64,000 bases of DNA from an uncultured virus (IMG/VR IMGVR_UViG_3300016472_000848) (Duplodnaviria > Heunggongvirae > Uroviricota > Caudoviricetes), in IMG/VR virus record IMGVR_UViG_3300016472_000848, positions 62,001 through 126,000 of that record. The stretch is one strand, 5' to 3'. A program made the position numbers and the translations under genes. The first letter of the stretch is position 1, and every line of letters starts with the position of its first letter. This document shows, piece after piece, positions 20,135-31,213 of the stretch. The notes under the pieces were generated by a model, which was given only the letters and a program-made list of their open reading frames with translations, made no database searches and was not told the DNA's origin.

Positions 20135-22597
20135 ATGAAAATTTTTGCCAAAAGAGATAGAGGATACCTAGAAATACCGGAAAATTTCGCTATTTTAAGC
20201 GAAATATCTAAAAATGGTAAATTCGTATACGAAATAACATATCGCGTAGATCCGGTAAAGGCAGTTCAGTCTAATGCTTTTACTGTAATGATTCACATAT
20301 CTACAAAACCCTATATTAAAAAAATAAACCCAGTTTTTGCTAATGGTAAAAACTCTAATGAAAATATTGTTCTTAATATTTTACAAAAAAAATCAAAACA
20401 AAAAGATTATGTAAGACAACAAAAAACGGAATATATTTTGTCTCAAAAATCTGATATTACTAGTAAAATTCCGAATAATTTAACTGGTACTTTGAGTAAC
20501 GCTAACACAAAGCAAACAATAGCAATTAAAAATATAAAACAATTATCCCCAGCTCCAGTAGAAGAATTAAATAATTCAAATTTAAATTTACCAGTTCTTG
20601 AGATGAATCTGAATAAGATTGATGCAAATAGCAATTCTACACCTACAGAAAATACTCAATTTATAAAAAATCAAGCAAATTATCTACTTTATGAGAAAAA
20701 CATAGATCCTGCTAATTTATATGGATTGAAAACAAATACTATTGTCAGTGCTCAGAAGGTAATAGATGGTACTATCGTAAATAAACCATATTATAATCAA
20801 AAATTATTACAAAACAATCCAGGCGCTTCTACTTTAGTAGAAAATTTCCTAAATAAAACAATATTAACTTCGCAAACAGAATTAAATGGAACCGATTATC
20901 TCAATATATTAGTTAATAAACAAATAACTTATGTTGAAGTTACGGAAAAAATAGAAATTCCTTCCACTGCAATTACAGATAATGAATTTTATGTCATTTT
21001 TGAATTGCAAAATGCTAAAACTACTCTTGAAATTGAATCCGTGTACGTAAATCATGGAAATAATTTAACTACAATTAATATTCCAACTGAGCCTCCTTCA
21101 GTTATTGATTTAGGGGCAAATAAACCTGGCAAAGTATCTTTTTTAGTCAAACAAGAAGATGAAAATGCAGTTGCTATAAACATTTACAAAAAAGAATTAA
21201 AGCCAACCGTCGTAAATACAGATTCTGTATATAATTTTGTTGGTAAAATTGATTTGAATAAAGAAAAAGGATATCAGCGATTTGAAGATGTAGCTGCGAG
21301 CTTGCATCCTATAATCTATAGGTTTATACCGGTAAATTCAAACGGAATTTTATCCGCAGTTTTCACAAGTAAAGTTATAAAATTTGATACTTCACAAATT
21401 TCTAAAAATATAAATAAAAAAAGAAAACAATATTTTGTAGGATTTAATGCGACAATTAATGCTCAGAGCATTGGTATTGAAATTAACAGTGTACCATCTG
21501 GTCCTAAAATTTTACGTATTTTAAAAAGAGATAAAAAAATTCTACAGAAAGATTTCGTGCAAGTTGGAGAAAATTTTAATATCGAAGGGAATACAACAAA
21601 TGTAATCGCATATGAAGATTATGATGTGAAAAAAGATAGAATATATGAATATATTTGCGAAGTCGAATACAAGGATGGTACAATCGAAAAATCAGCAAAT
21701 AATATTATCGTAGAATATAGTCCAATAACAAATAATATTCTTTCTATAGAATTAAATGATGCTAATGTAGTAGAATCTGGTCAAAATTTTGATGCAGTTT
21801 TTAATATTAAGTGGTCTTATATATCAAATTCTTTTGAATTAGTTAAAAAACTATTAACAGAGCAAAATCTTATTTCACAATTTAATCAAGATATATTTGA
21901 AAATAGAGAAAATTTAAATAAATTATTTTCCTTTGGTGTAACAAGAACAAATGTAACTACAAATCAAGTGGATTCTTTCGGAATAATAGATAGTTTAAAT
22001 TTTTCTGACTTAAAATATGGGAAACCTAAAGGAATTTCTCCAATTAAATCTGGATTTGAATATCGATATACAGTTACTGCATATTTAAGAAACCCAGAGA
22101 CTCTGCTTCCTAAATTAACTAGGACGGTAGCTACAAGTCAAAATCTTTCTTATAGTTTTCGTCCATCTAGATGGCTACAGCCTGTAACGTTAACTGCTGG
22201 CAATATTGTCACCGAAAGAACTTTGGCTTCAAATCATGCAAAAAATGATTTTACTTTTGGCAGAGTAGTGGAAATAAAATCTGTAACTCTTTCTCTGGCA
22301 GATACTTTACCATCGATTTCCGATGTAAAAGCTACGAGAACGAAAAAAGATGAAGTATTAATTCAATGGAAAGTTTTAGGAAACATTGGAAAAATTGATC
22401 ATTTTGTTATAGTATTGAATATACTAGAAATGCAGACAATAATTGGAAAGGCACATAATATTACTAATTCAAATTATTTTCAATTTTTAGATAAATTAAC
22501 AAACGGGGAGTCTGGTGCGCTAACATATTCAATTATTCCTATATATTTTGATTATAGCCCTGGTACTGCAACAAAAACTAATTTAGTGATTATTTAA
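20135..22597 (+). CDS. putative virion structural protein (FN3/Ig-like segments)
   Basis: YEDYDVKKDRIYEY, YRYTVTAY, VLIQWKV...FLD...YSIIP resemble fibronectin-III strands; in the tail block. Confidence 0.55.
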   Translation: MKIFAKRDRGYLEIPENFAILSEISKNGKFVYEITYRVDPVKAVQSNAFTVMIHISTKPYIKKINPVFANGKNSNENIVLNILQKKSKQKDYVRQQKTEYILSQKSDITSKIPNNLTGTLSNANTKQTIAIKNIKQLSPAPVEELNNSNLNLPVLEMNLNKIDANSNSTPTENTQFIKNQANYLLYEKNIDPANLYGLKTNTIVSAQKVIDGTIVNKPYYNQKLLQNNPGASTLVENFLNKTILTSQTELNGTDYLNILVNKQITYVEVTEKIEIPSTAITDNEFYVIFELQNAKTTLEIESVYVNHGNNLTTINIPTEPPSVIDLGANKPGKVSFLVKQEDENAVAINIYKKELKPTVVNTDSVYNFVGKIDLNKEKGYQRFEDVAASLHPIIYRFIPVNSNGILSAVFTSKVIKFDTSQISKNINKKRKQYFVGFNATINAQSIGIEINSVPSGPKILRILKRDKKILQKDFVQVGENFNIEGNTTNVIAYEDYDVKKDRIYEYICEVEYKDGTIEKSANNIIVEYSPITNNILSIELNDANVVESGQNFDAVFNIKWSYISNSFELVKKLLTEQNLISQFNQDIFENRENLNKLFSFGVTRTNVTTNQVDSFGIIDSLNFSDLKYGKPKGISPIKSGFEYRYTVTAYLRNPETLLPKLTRTVATSQNLSYSFRPSRWLQPVTLTAGNIVTERTLASNHAKNDFTFGRVVEIKSVTLSLADTLPSISDVKATRTKKDEVLIQWKVLGNIGKIDHFVIVLNILEMQTIIGKAHNITNSNYFQFLDKLTNGESGALTYSIIPIYFDYSPGTATKTNLVII

Positions 22598-22601
22598 TTA
22601 T

Positions 22602-25600
22602 ATGACTCCAAGATTTGGTATAATATTAAGAAACGACAATTCTCTATCTTTAGGCGGATTGAGCACGCAACCAAGAAGTGCAACCGTAAGCACATCTGAT
22701 GATCGAGCACGTTTTGGTGCAGGCGGCACCGGAATAGGAGTATTTTCTGGTGCTTCAACAAATCCTGGCAGTGTTCCTAATATTTTACCTGGACGACCTT
22801 TTCTACAAACAAATCCTGCTGTACAAATATTGCGACCACTATTTTCATTTAGAAATATAAAAACATATGACATAGATAATTTATCTGTTGCACAAACTAC
22901 TATAGTAAATGGACAATTTGAGCCAATAGCAAAAAATGGAATATCGGCATTGCGACCAGAAATATTATCAACAATTGATTTTTTGCCAATTTACACAGGA
23001 GACAGTTCATTTAGAGCGGAAAATTTTTTCTTAACAAAAAACACTACTCCTGCCGGAGACTTAATCAATTTGCAATATCAGGCTTCTAACCTCAGACAAG
23101 AAACATTAGTTAGAATGATGAGCAATATTGAAAAAACTGTTGTAAAAAACAAAACAAATTCTAATATTAAAGGTTCAAAAATTACAGCCGCTCAAGCTTA
23201 TTTAAATCCTAATCTTTTAGGAAACAATTCTACAGTAACTCCAATAAATAAAATAGATGGTTCTTCTAAAAATAGATTAAATGCTCGGGAAGAAAAAATA
23301 AAAGAAATACAGAATATAGTAAATGAAATTAGAACTGAGTATGATCAAACGATAAGAAACCTGGATACTACAATTTCTTTTTTTTCTAATGCACTATCTA
23401 CAATTGATATTGTTAAAAAATCTCTTAATATAAAACAGATACCATCTAATCTTTACAGTAGAAATTTTCTTTCATTAGACCGTTTCTTTGAAAAGAAAAT
23501 GCAATATAATCTTGTAAAATTTGCATCATTTTCAGATACAAAAATAATATTACAATTATTATCAGATTTTAGATCAATATTAGAAACTTATTCATTTTCG
23601 TTATTAGATATAACAGATGATGATAGAGTAAACGACATATCTCCCATAAAAATAGACAAATCATATACGACTTCAAAAACTTTTAATTTTAATATTTCTA
23701 CCTTGCGTTCTTCGAGTAGAGTTGTGAATGCTACAGAACCCAATTTCTTTAATTCTTTTATAAATTCTTTACCTGAAAATCCTGATGATAGAATTAAAAT
23801 ATTAACTACTCTTATAAGTAAAGAATTTCGAGTTTCAAAAGGCTTGGGTCAACGTAACGTTCAATTAACGTTGGCTGGTAGATTCAATGCTCAACCAAAT
23901 GGTAATCCATTTGATAACATAATTGGCGAAGTTGGTTCTAATATTTTTGACAAACCCGAAGGTACAAATAGCCTTTCTTCTCTTTTGTATGTTACAGATA
24001 TCGGTGGCGGAATGATTTTACCTTTTGAAAGCAAATATATAGATTCCGAAGAGCAAAGGCAAGTTTATGTTCCAGGTAGCAATTATTTTGTTGATTCAAT
24101 CATAAACGTTAATCAAAATACGCCTTCGTTTAATACAAAACCTTATACGGACTATGTAACAAAATTCGCTACGATAACCAACGCTGCTCGTGGCATCATA
24201 GAAGATATCTTTGATTTTGACAATCCAACCAGTCCACTAATATCTACAAAAATAAATGATTTATTTTTAAATTCTATTAAAAATAATTTAACTACATTAA
24301 TGGATATAAATTTAACAAGAAATTTAAATTTAAATCAAGTTATTATATCGGCATTATTCAAATTGGCAAATAGAGATCCGCAACTAAAAAATTTATTATT
24401 TCAATATATTTGTTTGGCAGGTATCACAATTAATAAATTAACCGTGAGATCAGAAAAAAGAGAAATATATAATCTTTTAGCGAATGATTTGGTAACAACA
24501 AGTAATCTAACTGCTGCTGCCACTACAGGTATTGTAAGAAAATTAAATGACAATGAGGTAGCTGGTAATCTTAGTTTTATTTTAGGTCTTATCGCTAGAC
24601 AAATTGAAGATAGAGTTTTTACAATTACCAATATTGTTTCACCAAGTTATGCTTCGACTTTTGATTTTAGTGAAACCGAAGGAATCCGCCGACCAGTTAT
24701 ACGAGCATTTACAAATGATGGACTTAATACTTCCGTTTCTAGAAGAAGTTTTTCTCCGAATACTTTTGATATCACAACCAGTGCAGTATCTTCGATAAAT
24801 AATTTTACCAAAGTAAAATTTCAAAAGGGTAAGATATATCGAGCATTAATACACGAAACTTTAAATCCTGGCAGTGGCACTACGAATTTTATTCAAGAAT
24901 TTATAAAAATATCAGATTCTTTACAAGATGCCGCTGTTTCTCAAGGTACTAATTCTTATTTATTAGATGATGGAACACGTAGAACGAGATACAACTATCT
25001 AAGTACATCAACCCAACTGTTGATGATTTTTGAAATTTTTGCCAGCTATATAAATAAATATGTTTATTGCACTTATGAACGATCTGACAATCTATTGGAA
25101 GGTCAAATAACAGTCGATAATTTTGGAAATAAAAATATACTATATACAATTAATGAACTATTAGCACTTCCAGTTACTCCAATAACCAAAGACGATATAA
25201 CTAATAAAATACAAAAATCTAATTTTATTGATTTATCTACAAAAAGAAATTTAGATCTTTCATTCTTACAACAAGGAAGAAACTCATCTCTTAGAACCGG
25301 ATTAGATACAAGATTTGGAACAATTTCTACAATCGCAGGAAATAATTCTTCGCAAAGAAATTCTCCGAATACATCGACCTCTGCCAATATTTCTAATCAA
25401 GTAAATAGAGAGGTAAGAAATGCATTTGACAATTCTGAAAATGTTAACGAACTAATTTCATCAAACTATCAAGAAGCTTCTTCTTTAGCCAATATTTCAT
25501 CTTATATCGTTCAAAATAATTTAAATCTTAATTTAATATTTTCCTATAGGTCTCCATATGCAGTTGCACGAGCAAGTCTTTTTTCAGTAAGAAATAAAAT

Positions 25601-26864
25601 CATTGATGAAGAAAAAACAATTGCAAATATATTGCACATTTTGTATGTTATTTCTTCTTGGTTATTACAGGGTAGCAGATATGCAACAACCTTTTTCAAT
25701 CAAAATACTCTTTTAACATTTTTAAAAGACAACAATATTACAACATTAGAATTGTTGCAAAACCCTACTCAAATAAGAAATAGTATCTACACTTTAGATC
25801 TAATCAAAGAAAAAATACCAAATAAAACATTTAACCAGGATTCAGGAACATCGTACAATAACGTTATTATTTCTGATGTAATCCAACCAGAAGAAAACAG
25901 GACATTAAACTTATTGTTACAACAATTTCAATATACTGCTATAAATAAAGCAGATAAAAAAATTAAACTATTAACTGTCGGTATTCCTTCTGGGTTTTCT
26001 AGGCAATTATCAGATAGAGTAGATATGCGTAACATCAATCAGAGAACATTTAGAGATAAACAATTTGATGTAATATCAGTAAATGTCTATAAACGAGATG
26101 CACGATTTGATGATTTGGTTTTTAAACCACAAAAATTTTTATTTGATATAAGTCTTTATCAAAAAGAAATAGATGTAGTAAACATTAAACCAAGACCATT
26201 GGAAAGTTTTAGAAATTTAATAGGAAGAGCAACTGTTACAGATTACGAAGATGTAAAATCTAAACAACAGATAAATTTGAGCAACATCGTATTAAATCCC
26301 AAATATGGATTTCTAACAAATGATCAAAAAAGAGAATTAATCAATAATCATTTGACAAGCTATCTTCTGGCTTCATATATTAATTTACTTACTGGAATAA
26401 GATTTTATGAAGATGAATTCTTAGAGAAAGAATATGTGCAAGGAACTCAAATTAACTCTAAACTTCTAAATTTAGTTTATGGCTACATTGTAAATGTTTT
26501 AGGAATACAGATTCCTCAAAATCTATCAATCGAAGAAATGTTAAAGTTACCCAATTTAAATGCTGATGTCAAAGACATATTGACGCTTGTATCTTATGGC
26601 AGCTTTGTATTTGAACCAGAATATATTAAGGCTTCTGTACTACAGCCAAAATTATTTGAAAGAATATTTACAATACCCGTCGATATAACTAAATTTGAAG
26701 TAGATGAAACTTTAAGTACCGCTACAGATAGTGGAAGGTTGGCATATAGATCAAATTATATTCAAGATAAACTTATAAGAATAGATAATAAAATTTATTT
26801 AAAAGAAAATACAGATGGTCTTATTTTTGAAGATTATTTCACAACAATTGAAGCAGGGTTCTAA
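22602..26864 (+). CDS. large hypothetical virion protein
   Basis: 1420-aa ORF coupled to both neighbours in the structural block; Asn/Ser/Thr-rich. Confidence 0.6.
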   Translation: MTPRFGIILRNDNSLSLGGLSTQPRSATVSTSDDRARFGAGGTGIGVFSGASTNPGSVPNILPGRPFLQTNPAVQILRPLFSFRNIKTYDIDNLSVAQTTIVNGQFEPIAKNGISALRPEILSTIDFLPIYTGDSSFRAENFFLTKNTTPAGDLINLQYQASNLRQETLVRMMSNIEKTVVKNKTNSNIKGSKITAAQAYLNPNLLGNNSTVTPINKIDGSSKNRLNAREEKIKEIQNIVNEIRTEYDQTIRNLDTTISFFSNALSTIDIVKKSLNIKQIPSNLYSRNFLSLDRFFEKKMQYNLVKFASFSDTKIILQLLSDFRSILETYSFSLLDITDDDRVNDISPIKIDKSYTTSKTFNFNISTLRSSSRVVNATEPNFFNSFINSLPENPDDRIKILTTLISKEFRVSKGLGQRNVQLTLAGRFNAQPNGNPFDNIIGEVGSNIFDKPEGTNSLSSLLYVTDIGGGMILPFESKYIDSEEQRQVYVPGSNYFVDSIINVNQNTPSFNTKPYTDYVTKFATITNAARGIIEDIFDFDNPTSPLISTKINDLFLNSIKNNLTTLMDINLTRNLNLNQVIISALFKLANRDPQLKNLLFQYICLAGITINKLTVRSEKREIYNLLANDLVTTSNLTAAATTGIVRKLNDNEVAGNLSFILGLIARQIEDRVFTITNIVSPSYASTFDFSETEGIRRPVIRAFTNDGLNTSVSRRSFSPNTFDITTSAVSSINNFTKVKFQKGKIYRALIHETLNPGSGTTNFIQEFIKISDSLQDAAVSQGTNSYLLDDGTRRTRYNYLSTSTQLLMIFEIFASYINKYVYCTYERSDNLLEGQITVDNFGNKNILYTINELLALPVTPITKDDITNKIQKSNFIDLSTKRNLDLSFLQQGRNSSLRTGLDTRFGTISTIAGNNSSQRNSPNTSTSANISNQVNREVRNAFDNSENVNELISSNYQEASSLANISSYIVQNNLNLNLIFSYRSPYAVARASLFSVRNKIIDEEKTIANILHILYVISSWLLQGSRYATTFFNQNTLLTFLKDNNITTLELLQNPTQIRNSIYTLDLIKEKIPNKTFNQDSGTSYNNVIISDVIQPEENRTLNLLLQQFQYTAINKADKKIKLLTVGIPSGFSRQLSDRVDMRNINQRTFRDKQFDVISVNVYKRDARFDDLVFKPQKFLFDISLYQKEIDVVNIKPRPLESFRNLIGRATVTDYEDVKSKQQINLSNIVLNPKYGFLTNDQKRELINNHLTSYLLASYINLLTGIRFYEDEFLEKEYVQGTQINSKLLNLVYGYIVNVLGIQIPQNLSIEEMLKLPNLNADVKDILTLVSYGSFVFEPEYIKASVLQPKLFERIFTIPVDITKFEVDETLSTATDSGRLAYRSNYIQDKLIRIDNKIYLKENTDGLIFEDYFTTIEAGF

Positions 26865-28690
26865 TGGCTCAAACATTACCATCAAAAAGAACAATTATTA
26901 TTGACGCACCTGAAGTACCAAAATTCATAGGAGAATTCGTTTATAATTTTTTCACAAAAGATGAAAGATTAAATGATTCTGGAAACGAAACTATTGAAGG
27001 ATTACGTGAACGTCCTTCTGAAAATCTTAATTCTGTTGTTTTAGATTCTATTAATTTTAAAAGATTTATTCCCAGATTGGTTAGATTTGAATGGCGAAGT
27101 GTTCCATATGGAAATCGACCAGATTTATCTATAAATGTTTCAATAAAAAGAAATTTAAATAAAATTCATAGCGAAGAAAATTTCATTTCCGACGAATATA
27201 CAAATATTTCTTTCCAAGATAATGGACAAGACCAAAAGTTACAATATTTTATCAAAAGACAGCTTTCTGAAATTATTACAGACCAAAATAATATAGACTC
27301 GGCAGCAAACCCTGACGAGGCTGCAAAAAGACAAAGATTAATTGAAGGATCTCAATTGGATGTTGTTAAGTTTATCAATAACAATACTTCGGATTTGATT
27401 GATGGAAATTTTTTGGCAAAAGCATTCGTGCAAATGAAAAATAATGGTATCTTGTTTTTAAAAAATTCTGATCCTGGCATAGATGCATTGTCTAAACAAC
27501 TAGAAGATAGAACGAGAAATGTAAAAGTCAGAGCCCAAATAAATAATAAATTTATTAATTCAATATTGAAAACTTCGCAGAATAATACAATATCTTTGTT
27601 TAAAGATGAATTGGAGCCAATTTTAGAAGAAACAAAAAATATCCAAGAAAAAGCATTGATAGAAAAAGATTCTTCAATGTTAAACGGGTCAGATTATGAT
27701 TTTGAATTCTATGATTTTATTGACTTTAGATCTGGAATAGATCCTAACGCATTTGATTCTACCGTACAGGTAGTTGGTTATGTAATAGAAAAGAAAGAAT
27801 ATTTTTCCGATGGTACTTCAATTGATAGAGAACCAATAGTTGTAGAAAACAAGAACGCTTCAACAACCGCAGATATTAAAATCAAATATGGAAGTACATA
27901 TGGATATAAAATAAAAAGTATCGTTTATGTAGAAATAGCCGTTGAAGACAGTGAATTTAATTCTATAGCCGCATTATCATTTCTTGTTGCCTCAAAACCA
28001 AGCAATGAAATAATTGTTAAAACAGAAGAATTTGTAGCTCCGCCAGAAGTAGCAGATTTTAAAGTTGGATGGGATTCTTATAGACAAGCCGCTAGATTAA
28101 CATGGTCTTTTCCACCAAATCCTCAAAGAGATATAAAATACTTTCAAGTATTTAGAAGAAATAAAATCGAAGATCCATTTGAATTGATAAAAATGTATGA
28201 TTTCAATGATTCTTCAGTTCCTCTAGTTTTACCAGAAACTCCCAATCAAGAATTGATAGAAAAATTAACCTCTCCAAAAAGTTATTACTTAGATGCAGAG
28301 TTTACAAAAGATTCGCGATTTATATACACGATATGTGCAATTGATGCACACGGTTATAGCTCAAATTATAGCATTCAATTTGAATGTTATTTTGATAAAT
28401 TTGCTAATAAAATTATAATCAAGCCTGTTTCCCTAGCGGGAGCACCTAAAGTTTATCCAAATGCATATCTGCTAAGAGATACATTTGTAGATACCATCAG
28501 GGATAGCAATCATAAAAATTTAGAAATTGTATTTAATCCTGAATTCATGACCGTATTAGATGCAAATTCAAATAATTTAAATGTGTTAAAAACAGACGCA
28601 GATTCCTCATATCAATTACAGCTTATAAACGTAGATCTGCAAACACAAGAAAATATTAAAATTAATTTAATCGACAATCGAAGAACTTGA
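26864..28690 (+). CDS. putative virion structural protein (C-terminal FN3-like domains)
   Basis: GYVIEK...IKYGSTYGYKIK; APPEV.DF...RLTWSFP...YFQVFRR...FIYTICAIDAHGYSSNYS. Confidence 0.6.
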   Translation: MAQTLPSKRTIIIDAPEVPKFIGEFVYNFFTKDERLNDSGNETIEGLRERPSENLNSVVLDSINFKRFIPRLVRFEWRSVPYGNRPDLSINVSIKRNLNKIHSEENFISDEYTNISFQDNGQDQKLQYFIKRQLSEIITDQNNIDSAANPDEAAKRQRLIEGSQLDVVKFINNNTSDLIDGNFLAKAFVQMKNNGILFLKNSDPGIDALSKQLEDRTRNVKVRAQINNKFINSILKTSQNNTISLFKDELEPILEETKNIQEKALIEKDSSMLNGSDYDFEFYDFIDFRSGIDPNAFDSTVQVVGYVIEKKEYFSDGTSIDREPIVVENKNASTTADIKIKYGSTYGYKIKSIVYVEIAVEDSEFNSIAALSFLVASKPSNEIIVKTEEFVAPPEVADFKVGWDSYRQAARLTWSFPPNPQRDIKYFQVFRRNKIEDPFELIKMYDFNDSSVPLVLPETPNQELIEKLTSPKSYYLDAEFTKDSRFIYTICAIDAHGYSSNYSIQFECYFDKFANKIIIKPVSLAGAPKVYPNAYLLRDTFVDTIRDSNHKNLEIVFNPEFMTVLDANSNNLNVLKTDADSSYQLQLINVDLQTQENIKINLIDNRRT

Positions 28691-28694
28691 AATC

Positions 28695-30347
28695 TTATAA
28701 AGATTTTATGTAAAGTCTTTGACCAGCATCATAAATTCGTTCCCAACCTAATTCTTCAGAATATTCTTTTTCTGATAATTTTCTATTGTCCATATTAGCT
28801 CTACAGCGAAGACGATTATAGGTTTGCATATAATCTGTCCATTTCCATCCTAGCGTGTCTCTAATGGCTCTAAAACCTTTTTCTTCTAAATGTTTGCCTG
28901 TACCGTAGCGCAAGTCTACCCAGTTGTGTATTTCGCTTACATTTGAATATAGGAAATTATCTTCAAGATATTTTAGTAATTTAGAAAATCCACCAACTAC
29001 ATTTGTCGATATTTGCGAACAAAATCTTTCTATTTTGCAAACATTTCCCTTTTGCTTATAGGAACATATCGAAACAAGCTTGCCATCATGCTTTAATCCT
29101 AAATGTTTTGCATTTGTTGCACCCATTAAATGATTTTTCTCTAAGAAAATATTAGCATCTTCCGCTGTGACAATACACAATTCACACTTTCTTGCATGTA
29201 GTTTATACATCGTCTTTCCAAGAGCATTATCAATGATAGAAGAAACAATTGAAGTTTTATTTCTTATTTCATCTTCTCTGAATTGAAAAATCCTTAAATT
29301 AAGTTCTTCAAAATCTTTTCTAAGCTGAAAATGATAGTCTTTTTCTTTCTGTAAATCCGAATGCCAATAGAGTCCATCTACATTTACAAATATATTTTCA
29401 GAGAGTTTAAAATCTGGTTTATACGCTTTTGCTAGCGCCTCGACTCGCTTATTATAATGTTTAGAATTAAAAATACCTTCAGAATAAATTTCCAATGATG
29501 TCTTTTTTTCATTAAATTGTAAAAGTATCTGCTCTAATTGCCCTTTTCTAATTTCATTTTCCCCTTTAAAATGCTTTAGAATCCATCCATAAGAAGGCTT
29601 AATACCCTCTTGACATTGATACCAATCTTTAATTGATGTATTTGTTTCAATAATAATTTTAGTAGGTTTTAACCAAGAATTGGTAGTGCCATATTTCTCA
29701 ATCATGGTTTGATTTTTTTTTTCAACAACACCAGATAAAGCAAATGGATGCTCAACTTTATATTTTTCTAAAAATGTATTTTTTTTACGATTTTTTATCG
29801 TTTCATTTTTACTAGGATGTTCAACATTATATTTTTCCATACTAGTATTTTTAAATTTTTCTTTTACTTCCGATGCTTGCATGTGATGCGAAACACCGTA
29901 ATTCCTAAAAGCAGTTTCTCTTTTTTTGTTTTTTATTTCATCTAATTGTGAGATATGTTCAACTCCATATTTTTCTCTCAATTTGTTAGATATCTTTTCC
30001 TTTATTTCTTCTGATTTAAATGGATTATCTACACCATATTTTTCTACTAATGTTTTTTTAACTTTTTCCTGAATTTTTATCGCTCCATCCGTATCACCGT
30101 GCAATGAGCAATTGTTTCCATATTTTTCTATATTAGTATTTTTTCTATTTTCTATAGATCTTTCAGGATGGCATGATTTTTGAACATAAACATTTTTTGG
30201 TATAGCCCAAAACCAATCTTTAATAATTTTATCCCAAAATTTAGATTTCTCTTTCCAGCCATTGTAACCATCTTCACATAAAATGATATCGCCTCTTCCC
30301 TGTATTTGAAAACGTTCTGCTGCTTTTTCATAACTTATTTTTTTCAC
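28695..30347 (-). CDS. homing endonuclease, Hef/Vsr-like PD-(D/E)xK type with tandem KYG repeats and C-terminal GNAT-like domain
   Basis: Seven EKYGV(D/E)(H/N)P-type repeats; YKPDF...VNVDGLYWHS...IFQFREDE nuclease core; ARKC...FLEKNHLMG...VVGGFSKLL...RIYDAG tail; antisense in the structural operon. Start uncertain (GTG 30347 or ATG 30425). Confidence 0.75.
   Translation of the reverse strand: MKKISYEKAAERFQIQGRGDIILCEDGYNGWKEKSKFWDKIIKDWFWAIPKNVYVQKSCHPERSIENRKNTNIEKYGNNCSLHGDTDGAIKIQEKVKKTLVEKYGVDNPFKSEEIKEKISNKLREKYGVEHISQLDEIKNKKRETAFRNYGVSHHMQASEVKEKFKNTSMEKYNVEHPSKNETIKNRKKNTFLEKYKVEHPFALSGVVEKKNQTMIEKYGTTNSWLKPTKIIIETNTSIKDWYQCQEGIKPSYGWILKHFKGENEIRKGQLEQILLQFNEKKTSLEIYSEGIFNSKHYNKRVEALAKAYKPDFKLSENIFVNVDGLYWHSDLQKEKDYHFQLRKDFEELNLRIFQFREDEIRNKTSIVSSIIDNALGKTMYKLHARKCELCIVTAEDANIFLEKNHLMGATNAKHLGLKHDGKLVSICSYKQKGNVCKIERFCSQISTNVVGGFSKLLKYLEDNFLYSNVSEIHNWVDLRYGTGKHLEEKGFRAIRDTLGWKWTDYMQTYNRLRCRANMDNRKLSEKEYSEELGWERIYDAGQRLYIKSL
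29670..30145 (-). repeat. ~23-aa (69-nt) degenerate tandem protein repeats, 7 copies
   Basis: TLVEKYGVDNPFKSEEIKEKISN / KLREKYGVEHISQLDEIKNKKRE / TAFRNYGVSHHMQASEVKEKFKN / TSMEKYNVEHPSKNETIKNRKKN / TFLEKYKVEHPFALSGVVEKKNQ plus flanking partial copies; bounds approximate. Confidence 0.75.
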
Positions 30348-30452
30348 TATATACCTATACAAAATGTTCAAAATTAAAAATTCTTCATACTTAATGAAAT
30401 AGAATGTTGTACCATAATTATACAACAGGATTATTACAAAGGATAACGAACA

Positions 30453-31166
30453 GTGGGATTTTTACAAGGCGATACCAATAACATTATTTTAGATGCAGTT
30501 CTAACAGATCAAGGTAGACAGTTTCTTTCCCGAAACGACGGCAGTTTTAGTGTAGTAAAATTTGCCCTTGGGGATGATGAAGTTGATTATTCGATTATCC
30601 AAAAATATGGAAGAACTGTAGGTAAAGAAAAAATTGAAAAAAATACCCCAATTTTTGAAGCCCTCACAAATGGTTCACTAGCACAAAAATATCGCTGCAT
30701 TTCTATATCAAATCCAAACCTTATTCGTTTACCAAATATTACTTTCACGGGCGAAGGAGTGGATTTGACAAACAACATTCTTTCTATTGGAAATACAACT
30801 CAAAAACGACGTACAATTACAGTTTCACAAGATATATTAAATGAAACAAGTATCGATGTTGAATTACGAGATCAATCATTTATTGTTGAGATGAATAATC
30901 AATTCTTGCAAGTAATTGGAACTGCACCAGATAATATCGATGGTCAACAAAAAGCAACCTACATTATTGCTCGTGATGCCGGAGAAACATCTCTTGGTGG
31001 ATCAAAGCTTACTATCACTATTGCTACAAAGTCTATTACTGAAAGTCAGTTCCAAGTTTATGGCGCAGCATTCAATAAAAATTTAATAACAACTTATGTA
31101 AAAGTTTCCGGCGTCCAATCCGGTGCCGTATTGGAATTCCAAACTCAAATTAATAAAACAATTTGA
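30453..31166 (+). CDS. putative virion structural protein
   Basis: IILDAVLTDQGR...KFALGDDEVDYS...PIFEA, a pattern seen in large-phage tail modules; GTG start with AAAGGA upstream. Confidence 0.7.
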   Translation: MGFLQGDTNNIILDAVLTDQGRQFLSRNDGSFSVVKFALGDDEVDYSIIQKYGRTVGKEKIEKNTPIFEALTNGSLAQKYRCISISNPNLIRLPNITFTGEGVDLTNNILSIGNTTQKRRTITVSQDILNETSIDVELRDQSFIVEMNNQFLQVIGTAPDNIDGQQKATYIIARDAGETSLGGSKLTITIATKSITESQFQVYGAAFNKNLITTYVKVSGVQSGAVLEFQTQINKTI

Positions 31167-31182
31167 AAACATTACTGAAATA

Positions 31183-31190
31183 ATATTTAG
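31183..31190 (+). promoter_or_regulatory. putative late promoter motif ATATTTAG
   Basis: Intergenic copy ~23 nt before GTG 31214. Confidence 0.35.
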
Positions 31191-31213
31191 ACTATAAAGA
31201 AAATAGGTAAACC

